Virus record (IMG/VR): IMGVR_UViG_3300020030_000124
Location: 1 to 6,302 of that record
Strand: one strand, 5' to 3'
DNA from: a virus
Length of the DNA stretch: 6,302 nt
A program made the position numbers and the translations under genes. Each line of letters begins with the position of its first letter. The stretch's first letter is position 1. Positions 1 to 4,280 of the stretch are shown piece by piece. The notes under the pieces were generated by a model that ran no database searches, was not told the DNA's origin, and saw only the letters and a list, made by a program, of their open reading frames with translations.

Positions 1-121
1 AGATACCAAAAGAATCGTTCAACCTCTTGTGCTTGACCTTATCTTGACATTTCGTCAATGCCACAGCGGCCAAACGACGAACAAGAGGAAGAGTATGATA
101 TTCGGGTTCCGCTTTCTTACC
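1..121. repeat. Terminal redundancy, copy 1. Identical to 6182..6302, marking a circular 6181-nt genome.
   Basis: Base-by-base comparison of 1..121 with 6182..6302 shows 121/121 identity in direct orientation. The repeat lies inside the Rep reading frame, as expected for a circular contig linearised with overlap. Confidence 0.97.
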
Positions 122-1693
122 ATAATCAATCCTATTATAACGGAAGGAATAATTACGAAGCTCAAAATCAACCAAGTCCTTATCGTCAGAATCCTCAAGA
201 GTCTGATAAAAATCAACAAGGCGATTGTAGTCATAACGATTCCAAAAGGACACTATTTTTTCCGAGAGAATTCGGAGAGTTCGTTCTCTGCACGCAAAGC
301 AGCCGGCATATCGTTCGGGTTCGGGATAGAAGTTTGCTCCAAGTTCATCATAGTACGTCCGAAAGAATTTAGACATCGAGAGAAAGAATCGATAGCAGCG
401 GGATAAGCGAAAAACCGGGTCCAAATTAACACCGTCATAAAGACGACATTCAGACAAAATGAGAACATCGCTATGCGGTAGATTCTCTTTAGGCGAAAGA
501 ACATTTCGTTCATCATTTGTTTTTCCATAATTGTCTACATAATTTAAATATTGCTTACAAAAAGATAACATACTCTGTTTAGAAAGAGGATTGGGATTAA
601 AAGGATCCAATGCTAAATCACCGCATCCGCTACAAATGACTCGTTCGGGCGCCGTGAATGCAGAATATAATAACTGGTAAACACTCGATGGAAGTTTACG
701 AACAGGGTCCGAAAATCGGGGGAATAATCGAAGGAGATACGGCCACGAAGGCTTAACTGTGCGAAAATATCCATCGCGAACAATGCGGACTCCATTAAGG
801 CAATTATCGGCAACTTCGTCAATTTCGGCAATTCGTACCTTTCGAGGAAAGAGATTTGATTCTGTAAATCCAATGGAATGGAAGGATTTAGGTCGCACCA
901 CTTTTGGCATCTGAGTATAAAAGTCGGGTAAAGCGACAAAACTGTTAACATACGACGCAACATACGGAGCTGCGAATCCTCGCGACAATGACGCATCACA
1001 ACGTCCGTAAGACCAAGCCTTAGATACATTTTCACAAACAGTTTGCGAAAATCTTTCGGAATCGGAAAACAATAACAAATGCCAATGCGGGCGGAAACTG
1101 GTAGGGCCGTATTCTGATACAGCGTAGTAACGTAATTTTTCATCCGGGTAGTAACTTCTTAAACGTTTTAAAAATAAATCTAGATCACGATTACAGATAT
1201 AGGGAATCCTATTCGGAACATCATGCTTAACCTTTCCAAGAATAGACAAAAAATCCTTAGGCTTCATAGGATAAGAAAACTGAACTTCGGGATCCTTAAA
1301 AGTACGCTCAACAGTAGAATTCTTCAACCTAACAGAGGCAGAGCGAGGAACGCTACGAAAACCAAACAGATAAATATTAGTGTCACAAGCATCCAACTCA
1401 TTAATGTCGGGAACACAGGGTACATCCGCAATATCATCCGTACAAGCTTCAATAACTGAAACCTCCAAAGTAGGAAGGAAACAAGGAGCATAAGTAAGAG
1501 TAACAAAATAAACATAACGGAACTGGGCAGAATAAGTAGTGAGGAGGTTTGTCTGAATACCGGAACGACGAAGAATACAAGAAGGACAAGAACCGCAAGA
1601 AACAAGAACGGGTTCATGCGTATATTTATTAACAACCGTACGAGGGTTCTGACAACGAGTCACTAACTTATTCTGCAATTCCTTTGTAATCAT
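1..1693 (-). CDS. VP4: Replication initiation protein (HUH/rolling-circle endonuclease, Microviridae VP4 / phiX174 gpA-like). These are the N-terminal 564 codons. The frame stays open across the window edge and continues at 6181..6165.
   Basis: Hand translation from the ATG at 1693..1691 gives an uninterrupted frame down to base 1. The product starts MITKELQNKLVTRCQNPRTVVNKYTHEPVLVSCGSCPSC. It carries RCR motif I FVTLTY (aa 63-68), HUH motif II HWHLLLF (aa 203-209) and double-Tyr motif III YVASYVN (aa 244-250; compare phiX174 gpA YVAKYVN). It is absent from the ORF track because no stop lies inside the window on this side. Full length is 569 aa after joining with 6165..6181. Confidence 0.93.
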   Translation of the reverse strand, partial: MITKELQNKLVTRCQNPRTVVNKYTHEPVLVSCGSCPSCILRRSGIQTNLLTTYSAQFRYVYFVTLTYAPCFLPTLEVSVIEACTDDIADVPCVPDINELDACDTNIYLFGFRSVPRSASVRLKNSTVERTFKDPEVQFSYPMKPKDFLSILGKVKHDVPNRIPYICNRDLDLFLKRLRSYYPDEKLRYYAVSEYGPTSFRPHWHLLLFSDSERFSQTVCENVSKAWSYGRCDASLSRGFAAPYVASYVNSFVALPDFYTQMPKVVRPKSFHSIGFTESNLFPRKVRIAEIDEVADNCLNGVRIVRDGYFRTVKPSWPYLLRLFPRFSDPVRKLPSSVYQLLYSAFTAPERVICSGCGDLALDPFNPNPLSKQSMLSFCKQYLNYVDNYGKTNDERNVLSPKENLPHSDVLILSECRLYDGVNLDPVFRLSRCYRFFLSMSKFFRTYYDELGANFYPEPERYAGCFACRERTLRILSEKIVSFWNRYDYNRLVDFYQTLEDSDDKDLVDFELRNYSFRYNRIDYGKKAEPEYHTLPLVRRLAAVALTKCQDKVKHKRLNDSFGI

Positions 1694-1998
1694 TTTCTAT
1701 CAGTAAAATTAAGTTTCATCTGGCGAGGTTTGCGACCACGAGCAAAAGAAACATGAACAAATGTGCGATATTTTATAAGCTGATCAAATGCAAAAGAAGA
1801 CTTCTCAATCAACGAAATAAAATCATCTACAGAAAGACCGGAAGGCTTCAAGTCAACAGCATCACCAGTCAAATGCTGCGAATTGGCAGATCCATTACAA
1901 GCATCGTTCTGTTCCCTAGTACGAAAAGCAGAAGTAACAGTGAAATGAACATTCCAACGCAGAAGCCATTCGACGAATTTCATCAACTCTGGATTCAT
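1690..1998 (-). CDS. Minimal zinc D-Ala-D-Ala carboxypeptidase-like cell-wall peptidase (Peptidase_M15_3 / M15A-like), 102 aa. Putative lysin.
   Basis: The ORF-track protein contains TSAFRTREQN (compare family SGYRxxxxN). It also has SQH42-LTGDAV-D49 (SxHxxGxAxD, an H-x6-D zinc-ligand pair) and FVH82V (third ligand, family consensus fvHvD). The ATG is at 1998..1996. The TGA at 1692..1690 overlaps the Rep ATG as ATGA. Confidence 0.8.
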   Translation of the reverse strand: MNPELMKFVEWLLRWNVHFTVTSAFRTREQNDACNGSANSQHLTGDAVDLKPSGLSVDDFISLIEKSSFAFDQLIKYRTFVHVSFARGRKPRQMKLNFTDRK

Positions 1999-2001
1999 GA
2001 C

Positions 2002-2091
2002 TTACGAAAATATTTGAGCAATAGACGTAAGGAGACTAACAGCAGCCGCAATAACTGCAGCCCAGATCTTGGACTTAGTTTCATTTTTCAT
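2002..2091 (-). CDS. 29-aa ORF resembling a Sec signal peptide or single-pass membrane peptide. It is in frame with the downstream M15 peptidase.
   Basis: Hand translation from ATG 2091..2089 gives MKNETKSKIWAAVIAAAVSLLTSIAQIFS, with TAA at 2004..2002. It has a charged n-region, an ~18-residue hydrophobic core and an S-I-A/Q motif fitting the -3/-1 rule. 14 of 28 codons end in T, matching the bias of the confirmed genes. It falls below the size cut-off of the ORF track. Confidence 0.45.
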   Translation of the reverse strand: MKNETKSKIWAAVIAAAVSLLTSIAQIFS

Positions 2092-2254
2092 CGGGAATAG
2101 CTTTAAAAGTTGAACAAGAAGAAACAAGAAGGACACAGTCCGGAGTTATGTAAGAAGAGACAAACTGGGAAATGTCCTCAACAGGTACAAGAACGGTTTC
2201 GTTCTGGTTGGGATTCATCCTTGACTGAATAGAACACAAATAATACTTTTCCAT
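2081..2254 (-). CDS. Hypothetical small protein, 57 aa.
   Basis: An internal ATG at 2254..2252 of the track ORF 2081..2461 gives MEKYYLCSIQSRMNPNQNETVLVPVEDISQFVSSYITPDCVLLVSSCSTFKAIPDEK. 27 of 57 codons end in T, like the confirmed genes. The start lies ~40 nt downstream of the candidate -7 box. The 3' end overlaps the next ORF by 11 nt. No family recognised. Confidence 0.35.
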   Translation of the reverse strand: MEKYYLCSIQSRMNPNQNETVLVPVEDISQFVSSYITPDCVLLVSSCSTFKAIPDEK

Positions 2255-2295
2255 AAAACTAAAATTTAAATTATACATTGATTTTAAAGACAGTA

Positions 2296-2328
2296 CAAAG
2301 ATATAAATAAAATTTTGAGAGAACCAAA
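2296..2328 (-). promoter_or_regulatory. Candidate Bacteroides-type promoter (-33 TTTG, -7 TAnnTTTG) driving the minus-strand gene train.
   Basis: The minus strand reads TTTG (2328..2325), then a 21-nt spacer, then TATCTTTG (2303..2296). It sits in a ~22% GC stretch just upstream of the first small ORF. Motif match only. Confidence 0.35.
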
Positions 2329-2365
2329 CAAAACAGTGTATTATTAACATAAATAAACAGTAAGT

Positions 2366-2380
2366 TGGACGGGTGGACGG
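2366..2380. repeat. Short tandem direct repeat TGGACGG-g-TGGACGG, followed by a partial third TGG. Iteron-like; function unknown.
   Basis: Read directly: tggacgg at 2366..2372, g at 2373, tggacgg at 2374..2380, then tgg at 2381..2383. It lies in non-coding DNA between the AT-rich promoter region and the large hairpin. Confidence 0.6.
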
Positions 2381-2387
2381 TGGTCTG

Positions 2388-2460
2388 TGAGTTTGCGTAT
2401 ATAAGACAAGGGAGAGACTGAAAGCGACGAGGTAAATCGCTTTCCCTTCGGGCAAACTCA
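2388..2460. other. 73-nt nested imperfect hairpin in non-coding DNA. Candidate ssDNA or RNA structural element.
   Basis: Three stems were hand-paired. The outer stem pairs 2388..2396 (tgagtttgc) with 2452..2460 (gcaaactca), 9 bp. The middle stem pairs aaggga 2408..2413 with tccctt 2443..2448, 6 bp. The inner stem pairs aagcga 2422..2427 with tcgctt 2437..2442, 6 bp. The loop is 9 nt (cgaggtaaa). Confidence 0.6.
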
Positions 2461-2502
2461 TGTAGGCTTCGCCAAAACAATTTTAGGGGTATAGCAGCGA
2501 CG

Positions 2503-2519
2503 GGAGAGAGGAGCTCTCC
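2503..2519. other. Small hairpin GGAGAG-aggag-CTCTCC, with a further GGAGA arm at 2521..2525.
   Basis: Perfect 6-bp complementarity between 2503..2508 and 2514..2519. CTCTCC could alternatively pair with the downstream GGAGA in duplex form, as the inverted repeat TCTCC-g-GGAGA. Confidence 0.4.
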
Positions 2520-2582
2520 GGGAGATTGCATACGCGTTGCAGACGTCAAGCTTCAAGGAAGGCAGTACTATAGCCTAACGGC

Positions 2583-2614
2583 TCTGATTTCAGTCCTACG
2601 TCCCGAAATTCAGA
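2583..2614. other. Hairpin with a 9-bp stem, one bulged T and a 13-nt loop.
   Basis: tctga-tttc (2583..2591) pairs with gaaa-t-tcaga (2605..2614). t2609 is bulged. Confidence 0.45.
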
Positions 2615-2656
2615 AGGTGTATAACCACGCTACGCGCGGTTGCCGGAAGTTACTCC

Positions 2657-2693
2657 AAACAGCAAAACCCGACGCGCATCACTGCGAGCCGGG
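2657..2693 (-). terminator. Intrinsic-terminator-like hairpin plus T-tract, downstream of VP2.
   Basis: The minus strand reads CCCGGCTCGC-AGTGAT-GCGCGTCGGG (2693..2668). That is 9 pairs including one G-U, plus one mismatch. It is followed by TTTTGCTGTTT (2667..2657) and starts 24 nt after the VP2 TAG stop. Confidence 0.5.
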
Positions 2694-2716
2694 TAAACAC
2701 ACAACAAACAAAAGTA

Positions 2717-3784
2717 CTACCAGGGCAGAAAGTTACCTACAGTATTACCGATAGAGGTGCCATAATGAACAGCCTTATCAGCGTCATAATACTTATGCCT
2801 TTTCTTCTCATTTCTGGAACGATACCATTCTTCAATATTCTTACTGCGAGCATTATCACGGGAAAGACCAAGCTTAAATTCCTCATCATAATAAGCCGCA
2901 GAAGACTGACTAGCGGCAATATTAGCCGCAATTTGAGACTCAGCAATACGAGAAGCAACATGATTTGAAATATGCTGTCCACGAGCACGGGCAGCAGCCA
3001 AGGCTTCCTCTGCGATAGCTTTTTTAGCTTCAGCATACGAAAGATAACCAGCCGACATACGCTGATAGTAATCCGCAGCCTTAACATTCAGATCAAGCTG
3101 CTGCTGCTGGTCAAGATATTTATTCATAATACCTTTAGCTTCATTATCAAGAAGCATACCAGAGTGCTGAGCCTTCATAACATTGCCAGTCATTGCCATG
3201 TTATTCACTTCCTGCTGCTCCCTTGCATAACCAAGCTGGGCACGAGCCAAACCAGTAGATTTCAAATAACTACGGGTTTCATCAGTAAGTTTTCCCCAAT
3301 CAATATTAGAAAGAACTTCCATAGCCTTAGCATCAGCAAGCTGCTTAGCGCCTTGCAAATTAGACTTTTGAGACTGCATAAGCTCGTACTGAAAAATGTT
3401 ACCGATAGAACTTGATATACCGGAGTAATCAGCCTGGAAAGGCTGCATGACAGCAGGACCGGCAGACTGGGCAGAAGAACCAGGACCGGCAGACTGGGCA
3501 ATACCGGCGGAACCGCCGTTCATCATCAAATAAGGATTCAAACCAGCTTCTTCAAGACGTTGACGTTGCGCGGATGCAGTATTATATGCATTTTCCTTAT
3601 TCCACATATTTTCCTGAAAATCGCGCTGCTGCATTGCCATACGCTCGTTGAACTGGTTATTCATCTGATTTATCTTATAGTTCATCTGGTTGGTCTCCCG
3701 GACATTCTGTCTATTCTGTGAATTCTGAATTGCAGAAGTACCAATGCCAAAAAGACCACCAGCGATTGAACCAAGAAGACCCAT
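2717..3784 (-). CDS. VP2: Minor capsid / DNA pilot protein (Microviridae VP2-like), 355 aa.
   Basis: The N-terminus is glycine-rich and hydrophobic (MGLLGSIAGGLFGIGTSAIQ). Q/N-rich coiled-coil-like regions follow (NQMNYKINQMNNQFNERMAMQQRDFQENMW...RQRLEEAGLNPYLMM). Position and size are typical of Bacteroidota-type microvirus VP2. The ATG at 3784 shares one base with the upstream stop (TAATG). Confidence 0.82.
   Translation of the reverse strand: MGLLGSIAGGLFGIGTSAIQNSQNRQNVRETNQMNYKINQMNNQFNERMAMQQRDFQENMWNKENAYNTASAQRQRLEEAGLNPYLMMNGGSAGIAQSAGPGSSAQSAGPAVMQPFQADYSGISSSIGNIFQYELMQSQKSNLQGAKQLADAKAMEVLSNIDWGKLTDETRSYLKSTGLARAQLGYAREQQEVNNMAMTGNVMKAQHSGMLLDNEAKGIMNKYLDQQQQLDLNVKAADYYQRMSAGYLSYAEAKKAIAEEALAAARARGQHISNHVASRIAESQIAANIAASQSSAAYYDEEFKLGLSRDNARSKNIEEWYRSRNEKKRHKYYDADKAVHYGTSIGNTVGNFLPW
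3454..3500. repeat. In-frame tandem duplication inside VP2: a perfect 20-nt repeat at 27-nt period.
   Basis: caggaccggcagactgggca occurs at 3454..3473 and again at 3481..3500. This encodes AQSAGP-GSS-AQSAGP in the Gly/Ser/Ala linker of VP2. Confidence 0.9.
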
Positions 3785-4266
3785 TATTCAGAGGAAGCGA
3801 CATCGGCGGAAGCAGCAGCCGCCTTTTCTGCCTCTTGTTTAGCAGTTTCAGCATCAATCAATTCCTGTGCCTGGGACTCAAGATTTTCAGCATAAGCAGA
3901 CAACTCCTTAGACCAGGCAATAATCTCAGAAGGAGTCTGGACATGCCGAGAGCGAACCGTCGCCAAAAGGTCATCGTCAGACATGCCGTCCATAATCTGC
4001 TGAATCTGGGAAGCAGACTGTTTACTCTGTCCAAACTTGGAAGCAACAGCAAGACCGGCACGGGAAGCCAAGTCCTTGGTATGAAGAAGCAAACGGATAT
4101 CAGAAGTATAACGCACCGGACAAGATTCTTCATTATCGTAAATTTCAACACGAAGCTGTTCGGTAGAATCAAATTCGGGAGCAACTGCAAAAGCATCCGG
4201 AGAAACATCGGGAACAAGACCGGAACCTTGTTCCAGACTGTTCAAACAATTAAATTTTCCAATCAT
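3784..4266 (-). CDS. Hypothetical protein, 160 aa from the ATG (162 aa if the TTG at 4272 is used). Possible internal scaffolding (VP3-like) protein.
   Basis: The ORF sits tightly between VP1 (8 to 14 nt gap) and VP2 (1-nt overlap). Its C-terminal tail is acidic and Ala-rich (ELIDAETAKQEAEKAAAASADVASSE). The track start at 4272 is a TTG; the first ATG is at 4266..4264. The functional call rests on position and size only. Confidence 0.6.
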   Translation of the reverse strand: MIGKFNCLNSLEQGSGLVPDVSPDAFAVAPEFDSTEQLRVEIYDNEESCPVRYTSDIRLLLHTKDLASRAGLAVASKFGQSKQSASQIQQIMDGMSDDDLLATVRSRHVQTPSEIIAWSKELSAYAENLESQAQELIDAETAKQEAEKAAAASADVASSE

Positions 4267-4280
4267 AATCAAAACAATAT

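Noticed and set aside
1-121. Terminal repeats as LTR, IS or transposon ends.
   Set aside because: The repeats are direct, perfectly identical, sit exactly at the window termini and lie within the Rep coding frame. This is the signature of a circular contig with assembly overlap, not of a mobile-element boundary.
613-1143. Track ORF of 176 aa on the minus strand (MKNYVTTLYQNTALPV...).
   Set aside because: It is offset by one base from the continuous Rep frame, which carries the HUH and YxxxY motifs across the same bases. It has no recognisable motif of its own. It is an overlap artefact.
1995-2084. Alternative 29-aa ORF in another frame (MKLSPRSGLQLLRLLLVSLRLLLKYFRKS), whose TGA overlaps the peptidase ATG as ATGA.
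   Set aside because: Only 6 of 28 codons end in T, against 14 of 28 for the overlapping signal-like ORF. It is therefore the less gene-like reading. The ATGA coupling is attractive, so I keep it as a secondary possibility rather than a feature.
2255-2549. Long N-terminal extension of ORF 2081..2461 (126 aa) and ORF 2271..2549 (92 aa).
   Set aside because: They run through the 22% GC promoter-like stretch, the direct repeats and the large hairpin. Their translations are compositional noise, and the palindromic sequence explains the open frames. Only the 3' 57 codons look gene-like.
2511-2553. Cluster of four different 6-bp palindromes within 43 nt: GAGCTC, ACGCGT, GACGTC and AAGCTT. It resembles a cloning polylinker.
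   Set aside because: No vector backbone or other engineered hallmark is present. The expectation is ~0.6 palindromic hexamers per 43 nt. Four is unusual locally but not compelling after scanning ~6 kb. It is better explained by the GC/CpG-rich, self-complementary nature of the structured island.
2461-2700. Possible tRNA or small self-cleaving ribozyme in the GC-rich island.
   Set aside because: I found no T-loop (GTTCRANYC-like) or cloverleaf arrangement on either strand. I also found no hammerhead CUGAUGA...GAAA core. This cannot be excluded without a covariance-model scan.
3098-3109. (CTG)4 trinucleotide run.
   Set aside because: It simply encodes the QQQQ stretch of the Q/N-rich VP2 on the coding strand. 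It is too short to count as a meaningful microsatellite.
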